NCBI GenBank assembly: GCA_018711385.1
Contig: DVIK01000058.1
Location: 585-64,584, forward strand
Reading direction: 5' to 3'
DNA length: 64,000 nucleotides
Origin: Candidatus Coproplasma avistercoris
Lineage (GTDB): Bacteria; Bacillota; Clostridia; Christensenellales; Borkfalkiaceae
Part shown: positions 42,001 through 50,281 of the stretch, piece by piece
How the letters are laid out: each line of letters opens with the position of its first letter
Position numbering within the stretch: the first letter of the stretch is position 1
The notes under the pieces: model-generated
What the model saw: only the letters and a program-made list of their open reading frames with translations
Database searches by the model: none
What the model was told of the DNA's origin: nothing
Translations under genes and position numbers: made by a program

Positions 42001-44601
42001 GACGCCGGCAGATACACCTTCACCGTGGGCGTCGACGGCACCGACAACTGGAACGCCGCCGAAAAGGAAGTCACCGTAGAGATAAAGAAGGCGGCAAACA
42101 CGCTGATCCTGACGCTCGACTATGCCGACCTCACCTATAACGGCGCGGCGCAGACCTTCGGCGATTTTGCGGCGCACTTTAGCGCCACTTACGGCACGCC
42201 CGTGCTTGTCGGGGGCGAGACCAACGTATTCACCGACGCCGGCAGCCATAACTTCAAGGTTTATGTGCCCGAATCGGATAATTACCTCGCCTCGGACGAA
42301 GTTTCCGTTCCCGTTAAAATATTGAAGAACACCGAAAACAAAATAACCTTTACGCCCTACGGAACATTCACATACACGGGCGAAGAGCAGATATTCCCGC
42401 TTGAAAACTTCTCTGCAACCTTCGGCGAGGTCAAAGTCACAGCCGGCTCCAACAGGGGCACAGACGCGGGCGAATACCGGTTCACCGTAAGCGTGCAGGA
42501 CACTGCCAACTACAACGGCTGCGAATATCAGGTCAGCGTAACCATAAACAAGGCAAAATATACCGACGGGCAGATCCCCGAAAAGGCGCTCAGGGCCGAC
42601 ACCCTCTACTGCGTGCCCGGTGAAGAAAACATCATAACGGCGGAAGATCTTGCGGCGGGCTTCAGCTTCCCTGCGGGCACAAGCTCGGTCGAATACACTA
42701 ACGGCGAAAACAAGCTCACCCTCGTATACAACGCGGACGGCTCTGTAAACAAGAATTACGAGCCCGCGCAGACTGACAGGTTCGTCACGGCATGGTATAA
42801 GGTTCAGGTCGTCTTAAATGATAACGCCGCCTTCACCGCCGGGGTGAACACCTTGTCGCAGTTCAACGGCAACATATCCGAACTTATCCGGGCAGTCGAA
42901 GCTCCCGAAGGCCTCGACCCCGCAATAAATAAAGACAATATCGCAACTTACCTCAGCTGCGATTCGCAGGCCGTCGTCTTCAATGCGGGCGGTACATATC
43001 CCGTCATATATACGGCAGCTGACACCCTTGCCGACAGCTATATCAAAATAGTGTTCGGCCGCGAAGAATCCGATTCCGCCGTCGTTCCCTTCAAGGTGAC
43101 TTCGGTAAAGGTCGGCGAGGAGCTTTACACTATAGAGGACGCTATAAATGCGGCAACGAGCGGCTCTATAATCGTTACGGCAGATACTTCGTTTGCCGCA
43201 GGCGAAGCTCAACAGTTCTATTATACGGCAGAGGGTGAACCCGATATCAACTACTATACCGTAAAGCAGGGCGTAACACTGCTTGTTCCGTACGACGGCA
43301 ATTACTCGACAGATACTAAAGTTGTTACGGAAAGCGGCGTCAAAGCCGTGGCGGAGAAAGGCTTTGTAAAACTTACCGTTGCAAGCGGGGTTGAACTTTT
43401 TGTTGACGGCAATCTTACTGTAAATGCTATAAGAAATGCCAATACTACAGTTACGTCGAATGTTTACGGCGAATCTTATGGCGAAATGGAAGTGCAAAGC
43501 GGGGCTTATATCTATCTGGAAGACAAATCGTGCTTTGAATCTATCGGGTTTACCTATGGCGAAGGCGAAATAGTTGCTAAGTCGGGCGCATACGTCTATG
43601 AACCGTTCAATATGGTCGGTTGGAAAGGCGGAACGATAAGTTCGGCTATAAAAAGTAAAGTATTCCCGTTAAATCAGTATTCGATGACCAGCCTCGGGGT
43701 GAAGACCAAATTCGAATACGGCTCTCATTATTATGTAAAGGCAACGGTAAAAGTAACGCTGCTGGGAGTGCAACATGCCGACGCTGCATTCGGCGGTACG
43801 GATATCGATTCGTTCATACAGTTGCGTGACGCCGACAGTTATTTCTATAAATACGTGAACACTGCCGACGGCAAGCATGTTTTTGAGTTCTACGGCGATA
43901 TTCAGATAAATAATATGGCTGTTGCCGTAAGCGGGGCTTCGATCAGCACGGAAGATCTGCAGATACCTATCCCCGGGAATTTCAGCCTCGACGTATATGG
44001 CAATGTCACTGTTCCGAACGGCGTTGAAATCAAACTTTTGCCCGGCGCTCAGCTGAATATTATGCCCAAACAGCAGAATACTTTGTCTGCGGGTCAGTTG
44101 ATTATTGAATCGGGTGCTGCTCTGTATGCATACGGTGCAAATGCGTATGGCGAGGACGGTAAACTTATAAACGACAGAAGTTTGGCTAATTGGCAGGACG
44201 GGCAGAACGGTTTGGTTTATCCTCATGGAAATACTGTTTCGGTATATCGCTTTAAGCCTACGCTTGGATATGATGCAACGACATATGCAAAAGTTGTGGT
44301 AAACGGCATGCTGTCTGTTGAAGGCGGCGGTACAATAGCGGCTGAAATAACGGGAGAAGAATCGGGTGCTAAAGTTGTTTTCAAGGCCGATTCCAAGGCT
44401 GCAGGTGCTGTGAAAGAAGATTTTACAAAATATACAACAGTAGATATCCCTCTAATTGGGCCTATTGGTAAAGCCGAAGAAGACTATTTCACGGCAACCC
44501 TTTCCACAACATTCAGCGGTTCGGAAACAGCAGTGCAGGCCGGAAAGACTTACGTCTACGACGGAAGCGGCTGGGTTGAACAGCCGGCACAGCAGGCTTA
44601 A
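39073..44601 (+). CDS. giant repeat-rich surface lipoprotein (1842 aa), adhesin-like
   Basis: AGGAGG RBS. Lipobox VSAC (Cys22). Three Listeria-Bacteroides (InlB B / Flg_new)-type repeats (aa about 27-237; GWTDD, EGYEFVEWDG, FDGWY). About 5-6 YG-motif repeats of roughly 83 aa (MBG-like; ...YG..P...Y.GF..GDD.S.L...). About 4 Ig-like units of 75-79 aa carrying (F/L)TYTGEEQTF. About 550 aa of a distinct C-terminal region. No LPXTG or SLH seen. Confidence 0.85.
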   Translation: MKKFWLLAIPAALCVAAVVSACASDETYRVVYMNGDEVFFSAKVTAGEELPVPENDPERADEGNIVYTFAGWTDDAEGGADDIVDPGEVTSVTSDLTYYAVFDAVSYYTVTFVDGVTGFTIDEQKVPAGGDAEEPEKPEHEGYEFVEWDGSFTDISARTTVTAVYKKLSYTLSLDVLGVITETPVEYGAALAPAAPATVAGLKFDGWYIKGEEGEPVPLSEAYASMPAHAVEAYAEFSVDWTGVGIALPANAVYGGEGATIAHPAYGNMTYTHIWGDESRGDSYVFGGAGLQTVSATVIAVFENENGAYISERRSFEKTVNVGKAELEITASVANLSNGSVVYGTAPAAEFTFSGFVGEDDSSDLGSVSAVYTFENGQPADAEKLEAGAYIISASLEDDNYVANVRTSRFLVKPRDITLTLTAGDITYGAQPEFTVSADKSQFAYGEDISVLRQGTVVIKKDGAVVSGNLAAGSYTAETDGYKNANYNVIPGTAQFTVKKAALIATVSVQGSCEYGTEVKPGLSYEGFVFGDDGSVVDESALKFTFNGGDGGKLGVGSYTVAASGATAANYEISYKEGSFEVTKKTLTVTAEAEDFTYGGRPAPEAEYSGFAYGEDETSLGGKLAFAYEKDGVPFEGAFGAGSYTVKAGGLTSGNYDINYVGGTFEVSKAKLTVTVSVENSYVYADAITPEVSYSPFANGDNAGSLGGKLAFSYNGSAAEGYLPVGSYTVTAAGLASDNYEIVYAYGNNSFKVTARTVTVTLSEGAASGNVWQYSDFGKAGVLSGLPEGFAFAGTLELNKTGEGTYTAKGGSLGNDFEWARACSVTLGGEDVTANFAFEYDISVTLTDSQFNITSTGTVNTPYTGKEIALGTGIVVQGAPDDMRITYSLKEEGEYAEDIPVGVNAGVYTVYYKIAAENYEDYSGSYTATISKANNEITFAGYGEFTYTGEEQTFPLDKFSATFGEVRLAEGENKGTDAGRYTFTVGVDGTDNWNAAEKEVTVEIKKAANTLILTLDYADLTYNGAAQTFGDFAAHFSATYGTPVLVGGETNVFTDAGSHNFKVYVPESDNYLASDEVSVPVKILKNTENKITFTPYGTFTYTGEEQIFPLENFSATFGEVKVTAGSNRGTDAGEYRFTVSVQDTANYNGCEYQVSVTINKAKYTDGQIPEKALRADTLYCVPGEENIITAEDLAAGFSFPAGTSSVEYTNGENKLTLVYNADGSVNKNYEPAQTDRFVTAWYKVQVVLNDNAAFTAGVNTLSQFNGNISELIRAVEAPEGLDPAINKDNIATYLSCDSQAVVFNAGGTYPVIYTAADTLADSYIKIVFGREESDSAVVPFKVTSVKVGEELYTIEDAINAATSGSIIVTADTSFAAGEAQQFYYTAEGEPDINYYTVKQGVTLLVPYDGNYSTDTKVVTESGVKAVAEKGFVKLTVASGVELFVDGNLTVNAIRNANTTVTSNVYGESYGEMEVQSGAYIYLEDKSCFESIGFTYGEGEIVAKSGAYVYEPFNMVGWKGGTISSAIKSKVFPLNQYSMTSLGVKTKFEYGSHYYVKATVKVTLLGVQHADAAFGGTDIDSFIQLRDADSYFYKYVNTADGKHVFEFYGDIQINNMAVAVSGASISTEDLQIPIPGNFSLDVYGNVTVPNGVEIKLLPGAQLNIMPKQQNTLSAGQLIIESGAALYAYGANAYGEDGKLINDRSLANWQDGQNGLVYPHGNTVSVYRFKPTLGYDATTYAKVVVNGMLSVEGGGTIAAEITGEESGAKVVFKADSKAAGAVKEDFTKYTTVDIPLIGPIGKAEEDYFTATLSTTFSGSETAVQAGKTYVYDGSGWVEQPAQQA
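40040..41350 (+). repeat. intragenic tandem repeats of about 250 nt (YG-motif / MBG-like modules)
   Basis: Successive modules begin KAELEITA, KPRDITLTL, KKAALIATV, TKKTLTVTA, SKAKLTVTV and TARTVTVTL. Boundaries are approximate. Confidence 0.7.
41650..42575 (+). repeat. intragenic tandem repeats of about 225-237 nt (Ig-like YTGxxQ modules)
   Basis: 41881... (ITFAGYGEFTYTGEEQTFPLDKFSATFGEV) closely resembles 42343... (ITFTPYGTFTYTGEEQIFPLENFSATFGEV). An intermediate unit carries LTYNGAAQTF at about 42130. Confidence 0.8.
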
Positions 44602-44610
44602 AACTTAATT

Positions 44611-44641
44611 GCACCGCGGCGCGCGTTGCGCGCCGCGGTGC
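44611..44641 (+). other. perfect 14-bp GC hairpin without a U-tract between the giant gene and the ABC operon
   Basis: GCACCGCGGCGCGC-GTT-GCGCGCCGCGGTGC, followed by ATACAAAATTT, which is not a canonical U-run. Confidence 0.7.
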
Positions 44642-44682
44642 ATACAAAATTTACGGAAAAAAATATTAAAGGAAATACTGAC

Positions 44683-45438
44683 ATGGCGCAACAGATAGCG
44701 GCGGCGGACGAAGTTGTCCGCGTGGAAGGGCTCTGTAAAAAATATTCAAAAAAGGCAGATTGGGCGGTGGAAGACGTCTCGTTTTCCGTGCGCGCGGACG
44801 AAATAGTCGGGCTTTTGGGTCACAACGGCGCCGGCAAATCTACAACGCTGCGCTGCCTGGAGGGGATGTTGCCCTTCGACAGGGGCAGCATATCCGTCTG
44901 CGGCAAAGATATCGTCCGCGACCCCGTGGGCGCAAAGAGCAACATGGGCTTTGTCACCGACGACCACGCCGTGTTCGTAAAGATGACGGGCATACAATAC
45001 CTCGAATTCATGTCGGACATATATAAGGTGCCCCGTGCCGAGCGCGAGGGCCGCATAGCCGACCTCGAGGGGGTGTTCCGCCTCGGCGACAGCATATATA
45101 ACCTTATCGCTTCGTATTCGCACGGCATGCGCCAGAAGATCTGCATGATGGGTTCGCTCGTCCACAGGCCCCGCCTGTGGATACTCGACGAGCCGATGAC
45201 CGGCCTCGACCCCCGCACGATGCGTGCCGTGCAGGACTTCATGGTAGAATACGCCGCGCAGGGCAACGGCATACTCTTTTCGTCGCACGCCCTCGGCACG
45301 GTTGCAAAGCTGTGCGACAGGGTGGTGCTCATCCGCAGGGGCAAACAGGTCTCCGACATAAACGTAAAGGAGATAACCGCGCGCGACCCCGACTTTGACT
45401 TCGAGGAGTATTTTTTGAAAAATGAAAGACAGGCTTGA
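44683..45438 (+). CDS. ABC transporter ATP-binding protein (ABC-2/DrrA-like)
   Basis: Start ATG 44683 (MAQQIAAADEV...). Walker A GHNGAGKST, signature YSHGMRQK, Walker B LWILDEPMTGLD. The track start 44626 lies inside the hairpin. Confidence 0.85.
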   Translation: MAQQIAAADEVVRVEGLCKKYSKKADWAVEDVSFSVRADEIVGLLGHNGAGKSTTLRCLEGMLPFDRGSISVCGKDIVRDPVGAKSNMGFVTDDHAVFVKMTGIQYLEFMSDIYKVPRAEREGRIADLEGVFRLGDSIYNLIASYSHGMRQKICMMGSLVHRPRLWILDEPMTGLDPRTMRAVQDFMVEYAAQGNGILFSSHALGTVAKLCDRVVLIRRGKQVSDINVKEITARDPDFDFEEYFLKNERQA

Positions 45439-47110
45439 TTTTAACCTCCTTTCGGCTCTCCTTAAAAAGCAGAGGCGGGAGGGGCTTGCTTCGTTCCGTA
45501 AGGGCAACTTCAACGCCGTGGGCTTTATCTTCCGCGTCTTGCTCACGCTTGCGCTCGTGGCGGTGTTCGTCGTGTTTTTCGGCAATTTCCTTGAAATCTA
45601 CCTCGGCGTCATGTCCGGCGGCGCGACCGACCCGCAGGAGAGGCTGTACGAAGTCCTCTCCGTAGCCTACGCCGTGGTGCTGCTCGCAATGATAGTCGGC
45701 GGCGTGGCGCAGATAAACGGCGCGCTGTTCGGCGACGACATAAAAATAATGTCCGCCCTGCCCGTGGGCGCAAATACGCTGTTTATATCCAAGCTCATAA
45801 CCATATATCTCCGGCAGGCAGTGTTCGCTTGCGTGTGCGTGCTCGCCATAAACCTCACCGCAGCCGCGCACCTTGCGCAGGGTGCGGAATATTACGCGGT
45901 CACCGTTCTCTCCTGTCTGCTGCTGCCGCTTTTGTCCGTTGGCATAGCCTCGGTATTCGCACTGCCGCTGCACGCCTTCAAACAGCTGCTCAAAGACAGG
46001 TTCGTGCTCACTTTCATAGTAATAATAGCGGTAACGGCCGCGCTGCTCGCGCTGTATGCATGGGTGCTCGGCGGCGTAAAGGCGCTGCTGTTCGGCGACG
46101 ACCTGCGTTACTTTTTCAGCCAGCGCGTCATGGACGGCATAGCTGCGTTTGCCGCGGCGGCGTACCCTGCCAATCTCGTCGCGGGGCTGCTTACGGGCCG
46201 CAACGTGCTCGTGTGCGCGCTCGTCATGGCAGCCGTTCTTATCGTGTGCGCCGCGCTCTCGGCAGTGTTCATAAGGCTGATACTCGGCCGCGCCCTCCGC
46301 AACGAAAATTCGGGTTCGACTACTTCGTTCCGCGTACGCAGGCGCAGGCTGAGACCCGCGCACACGCAGCTGTTCGCGCTCGTCAAAAAGGAATTTCTTA
46401 CCATATTCCGCACCCCGGACTATGCGTTTTCATACTTCGCGGTGGCGCTCGTCGTGCCGCTCATGGTGTATTTCTGCATATCCATAGGTTCGTCGCTGGC
46501 GGTACGGCTCATCGCGGTGGACTGCGACTTCGAACTTGCCGTGTTCCTCACTTTGCTGTTCGGCAGCCTTTCGAACGTGTTCTGCACTACCAATATCAGC
46601 CGCGACGGCAGGATGTTCTATTCGGTAAAGGCCATGCCGATAGCTCCGGGAACGGTCATCTTTTCCAAGGTGCTGCTCTGCCTGTTCGTAACGGTGCTGT
46701 CGCAGCTGCTGAGTGCTGCGCTGCTGGCCGCCACCGGCTATGTAAGCGTGCCCTGCGCGCTCTTCCTGCTTGCGGCGGGCGTGCTGTTCGGCTTTGCGCA
46801 GATCTGCGTTGCTACGCGCGTAGATTTCGACCATGCCCGCTTCTCTTCCGAACCCGACGGCGAAATAAAGGAATCGGGCAACACCGTAAGCATAATAATG
46901 GTGGCGGGGCTTGCGCTCTCGTTCATCGTGGGCGGCGCTGTGGTGCTCGCGCGCATGTATGCCGCGCTGCGCGGACTTGCGGCGCAGTATGCGTGGGTCA
47001 CTTTTGCCGTTGCGGGCGCCGTTGCCGTCATAGCCGCTGCGGGCGGATTCGCCCTGCTTGCCTGCGGACTTAAAAAGCGATACTATCGTTTCAGCGGAGG
47101 TATCATATGA
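45422..47110 (+). CDS. large polytopic membrane protein, putative ABC exporter permease (562 aa)
   Basis: Overlaps the ATPase gene by 17 nt. At least 10 hydrophobic segments by eye. It resembles the Firmicute 'putative ABC exporter' permease family from memory, and is not FtsX- or short ABC-2-like. Confidence 0.7.
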   Translation: MKDRLDFNLLSALLKKQRREGLASFRKGNFNAVGFIFRVLLTLALVAVFVVFFGNFLEIYLGVMSGGATDPQERLYEVLSVAYAVVLLAMIVGGVAQINGALFGDDIKIMSALPVGANTLFISKLITIYLRQAVFACVCVLAINLTAAAHLAQGAEYYAVTVLSCLLLPLLSVGIASVFALPLHAFKQLLKDRFVLTFIVIIAVTAALLALYAWVLGGVKALLFGDDLRYFFSQRVMDGIAAFAAAAYPANLVAGLLTGRNVLVCALVMAAVLIVCAALSAVFIRLILGRALRNENSGSTTSFRVRRRRLRPAHTQLFALVKKEFLTIFRTPDYAFSYFAVALVVPLMVYFCISIGSSLAVRLIAVDCDFELAVFLTLLFGSLSNVFCTTNISRDGRMFYSVKAMPIAPGTVIFSKVLLCLFVTVLSQLLSAALLAATGYVSVPCALFLLAAGVLFGFAQICVATRVDFDHARFSSEPDGEIKESGNTVSIIMVAGLALSFIVGGAVVLARMYAALRGLAAQYAWVTFAVAGAVAVIAAAGGFALLACGLKKRYYRFSGGII

Positions 47111-50100
47111 GAAAAAATGTGATCGCGCTTATGCTCGTGCTGCCGCTGCTGTTCGTGTTTGCGGTGTTTACCTCGGGCAATGCCGCAAGTCTCGGCGTGT
47201 CCGTCTCGGTCAGCGGGATAGAGATACTCAACGCCCCCGAAGGCGGGCTGAACATCGACCTCGCCGAATATGACGGCGATTTTAAGGTGGAGGCGCAGGT
47301 GCTTCCCGAAAACGCCTCCGACAAGGGCTATTCCTTCCGTGTGGAGGAGGCGGAGGGCTCCGCTCCCGCCGATATCTCCGTTGCCGACGACGGTACGGTC
47401 ACGGCAAACGGCGCGGGTTCTGCGCGCATAGTCGTGGCGAGCAACGACGGCGGCTATACCGACAGCATGCTCGTCGTGGTGTCCTCGTCGAAGCCCTACG
47501 GAATGAACATTTCGCTGTACTCCGCGGCCGGCGGCGAAGATCTGCTCGAAGAGAGCGGCGGTGACTACCGTGCAGAGATCTCCGCGGGCAGGTACGATTA
47601 TTCGGTGCAGCTTCTGCCCACAGGCTTCGACGAGCCGGAGACAGAGGTTGAAGAGGGCTTTGCCGAGATCGCGGGCGGCAGCCTGCTCGTCCCCTTCGGC
47701 GGCAGAACGGTCGTTAAGTTCACGGTGCGCGGCGGCGCCTTCGGCGATATCGTCCGCCGCGTCGTTATAGACGCGGAGCGCCCGCAGACGGTGTCGGGCA
47801 TAACGGTCAACGGCGAGGCTGAAGCCTCGCTCGCCGTGGAGGAAGGCAGCCTTTCGGCGTCCTTCTATATCCAGTCGGACGAGCGCCCCGAAATAGAGCA
47901 TAACGCCAATATATCGGGCGCGCAGATAACCTCGGTACGGGACGCCGGCGCGGGGTGCTACCTTGCGGAAGTCACGTTTGCCGAAAACCACTCCTCGGGC
48001 TTTGTTGCAACCATAGCGGCGGGCGACGGGAAGGCCGAAGTCTCGTTTACCTTCGGCGCGTTTGCGTTCACCGTAAATTCCACGCTGCCCGTGCAGGGAG
48101 GGGACGTCTCCATGCTCACGGACAGTCCCGTCACCTTCTACGCCGTTCCATCCGTCTCGGCGGAAGGCGTATCCTTTGAATGGAGGACGGGCGGCGATAT
48201 CGCCGGATATGTGGAATTGCAGGCATCCGGTTCCTCCTGCCGCGTCTCTGTGGGGCGCAAGGGCACGTTCACGCTCACGGCGACTCCCGTCCGCGGCGGC
48301 TTCGCGCTCGACGTGCAGCCCGTCACGATAGAAATAACAGTGATAGACGAAGTCACCTCCGTCGGCATACAGAACGGCGCGGGCACGGGACTTGCCGGCG
48401 ACTTCACCGTAGCAGGCAGAAGGTACAAAAACGGCAGGCTCGCAGCAAACAGCTTTGCGCTCGGCGTGGCGGTATATAACGGCACGCAGCGGCTTGATAC
48501 TCTTTCGGATATGGAGATCGTCGTTTCGGATCCCTCGCTTGCAAGGGTGGACGAGGCGGACGGCGACCTCGTGCTCACGCCTCTCGGCACGGGCGAGGTC
48601 ACTGTCAGCATAAGCTGGGCGGGCAACCAGTCGTTCGGCAGGAACGTGGCGGCGTCGCTCACGGTGAATGCGGTCGCCGACGGCGTGCTCTGCAATACAA
48701 GCGGCGAAGTGTTTGCCGCGGCAGACTCCTCGCTCCCGATAGTCCTCGGCGCCGACGTAATGCTCGGCGAGGATATAAAGGGCGACGAATCGGCGTTGCG
48801 CGCGCGCCTGGGCACCATGAAGACCACTTACAACTCGGAATTTTACAAAAATACGGACAACGCGCAGAACGCCGTCGTGAACTACGTCATAGAGTTCAGC
48901 AACGACGTCTACGGCAACGGCCACTTTATCAACGCCGAATACTTCACCAACCTGCAGGACGGCACCGGCAGGCCGCTGCTGTTCCGCGGCCCGCTCGACT
49001 TCGTAAGTTTCGGCGAAATGGCGGCCGTGGCCGCGCAGGACAACATCTCGTACCTCGTGCGCACCGACGGCGTAACGCTCTACAACGTTTCGCTCCTCGG
49101 CTGCAGCGACAGCTCGCTCGAAGAGGACGGGCAGTATAAGCTGGAAAAACTCAACAACACGGGCACCGTCCTGGAGATAAATGCCGACTGCGACGTCATA
49201 AACTGCCGCGTGCGCAACGGCAGGACGGTGGTGCGCGCCTACGGCGGCAACCGCGACGGCAACGGGTACTTTATAGAAAGCCTTTCACGGAACACCGGCT
49301 GCGAGGGCGAGCGCGCCGATATACGCATAGAGGGCTGCATACTCTCGCAGGGCAGGGAATTCCTGCTCAAAACGGGCGCCAACCGTGCATTGCGCGCCAA
49401 CAGCGCCAACGGTGCGGAACCTTATCTTACGGCCGCCGACGGCACTCCTTACGCTTCCCAGACAAACGACTATTTAAGCGACGAATACTTCTACCGCATG
49501 TATGTGCTCACCGACGTCACGTTAAAGGACAGCGTGCTCGAAACCAGCGGGCTGTTCTCAGTGGGCGTGGAGTGCAACTTTTCGGGTGCGGTGCTCGCGC
49601 AGAACTCCGGCGAGAGCGGCGTCAACTTCGAAGGCTGGGCGGGCGCGGGCGGCACCTCGTTCGCCTCGGTGCTCAGGATCGCGGGCGACGTGCGCATGTA
49701 CGACTGGAAGGACATCTCGCTCATAGACAGCAGCACGCTCATCGAAGTGGCGCCGGGTGCGGACGCGGCGCAGCGCTTCAGGCTGGATATCGGCGGCATG
49801 CTCGATTTTGCCACCGCCTACGACCCCGAACGCTACGGCAGCGTGCTCGCGGAATATCAGGGGCAGAAGGTGGTGCACGGCGGCATCGCCGCTTACGGCG
49901 GCGGGCGGAACTATGCTCAGATAGATCTCGGCGGCATGGAGGCATCGCGCTCAGACCTCTCGCGGTATATGGTCAACATATCCATATTGCAGCAATCGGA
50001 CGATGAGGTGATGAAGGACCAGGGCACCTTCCTGCCGCTGGCGGCCGGCAATCAGGATTTCCGCTTCTATATGTACGGCGCGGGCAGCAAAAACAGCTAC

Positions 50101-50175
50101 GCCGCACAGCTTGCCGATGCCGCCTCGGGCGTAAAGTATGCGGGCATATCCCGCCCCGGCGCGTTCAGGATGTAA
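47107..50175 (+). CDS. secreted/anchored 1022-aa protein with Big_2 Ig-like domains and a probable right-handed beta-helix region
   Basis: ATGA overlap with the permease stop. N-terminal signal/anchor MRKNVIALMLVLPLLFVFAVFTSGNA. Big_2-like segments (LPENASDKGYSF...GTVTANGAGSARIVVAS; ...LTPLGTGEVTVSISW). The C-terminal half has beta-helix-like repeats (VTLYNVSLLGC, DCDVINCRVRNG, IRIEGCILSQG). Confidence 0.75.
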   Translation: MRKNVIALMLVLPLLFVFAVFTSGNAASLGVSVSVSGIEILNAPEGGLNIDLAEYDGDFKVEAQVLPENASDKGYSFRVEEAEGSAPADISVADDGTVTANGAGSARIVVASNDGGYTDSMLVVVSSSKPYGMNISLYSAAGGEDLLEESGGDYRAEISAGRYDYSVQLLPTGFDEPETEVEEGFAEIAGGSLLVPFGGRTVVKFTVRGGAFGDIVRRVVIDAERPQTVSGITVNGEAEASLAVEEGSLSASFYIQSDERPEIEHNANISGAQITSVRDAGAGCYLAEVTFAENHSSGFVATIAAGDGKAEVSFTFGAFAFTVNSTLPVQGGDVSMLTDSPVTFYAVPSVSAEGVSFEWRTGGDIAGYVELQASGSSCRVSVGRKGTFTLTATPVRGGFALDVQPVTIEITVIDEVTSVGIQNGAGTGLAGDFTVAGRRYKNGRLAANSFALGVAVYNGTQRLDTLSDMEIVVSDPSLARVDEADGDLVLTPLGTGEVTVSISWAGNQSFGRNVAASLTVNAVADGVLCNTSGEVFAAADSSLPIVLGADVMLGEDIKGDESALRARLGTMKTTYNSEFYKNTDNAQNAVVNYVIEFSNDVYGNGHFINAEYFTNLQDGTGRPLLFRGPLDFVSFGEMAAVAAQDNISYLVRTDGVTLYNVSLLGCSDSSLEEDGQYKLEKLNNTGTVLEINADCDVINCRVRNGRTVVRAYGGNRDGNGYFIESLSRNTGCEGERADIRIEGCILSQGREFLLKTGANRALRANSANGAEPYLTAADGTPYASQTNDYLSDEYFYRMYVLTDVTLKDSVLETSGLFSVGVECNFSGAVLAQNSGESGVNFEGWAGAGGTSFASVLRIAGDVRMYDWKDISLIDSSTLIEVAPGADAAQRFRLDIGGMLDFATAYDPERYGSVLAEYQGQKVVHGGIAAYGGGRNYAQIDLGGMEASRSDLSRYMVNISILQQSDDEVMKDQGTFLPLAAGNQDFRFYMYGAGSKNSYAAQLADAASGVKYAGISRPGAFRM

Positions 50176-50235
50176 GCCGGCATATCTTATCTGCACATAC
50201 GTTCATTTGCGGATATGTGCGGCTCAATTTCAAAA

Positions 50236-50259
50236 AAGCGGCCCGTTAAGCCGCTTTTT
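50236..50259 (+). terminator. rho-independent terminator after the 1022-aa gene
   Basis: Stem AAGCGGC/GCCGCTT with a 7-nt loop and a T5 run. Confidence 0.7.
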
Positions 50260-50281
50260 GCACACATCGGATCAGTGAGAG

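Noticed and set aside
44626-44682. Upstream start (MRAAVHTKF...) for the ABC ATPase
   Set aside because: That start codon sits inside the 14-bp GC hairpin, and the added residues are not part of ABC ATPase N-termini. ATG 44683 gives a standard N-terminus.
47083-48924. 613-aa minus-strand ORF, and similar long shadows at 21258..22880, 45329..46363, 45829..47073, 54375..56135 and 58355..60232
   Set aside because: Each lies antisense or out of frame within a gene that has clear motifs (ABC Walker boxes, the FeoB G-domain, Big_2). All have Arg/Ala/Gly/His-rich compositions and no RBS. They are high-GC artefacts.
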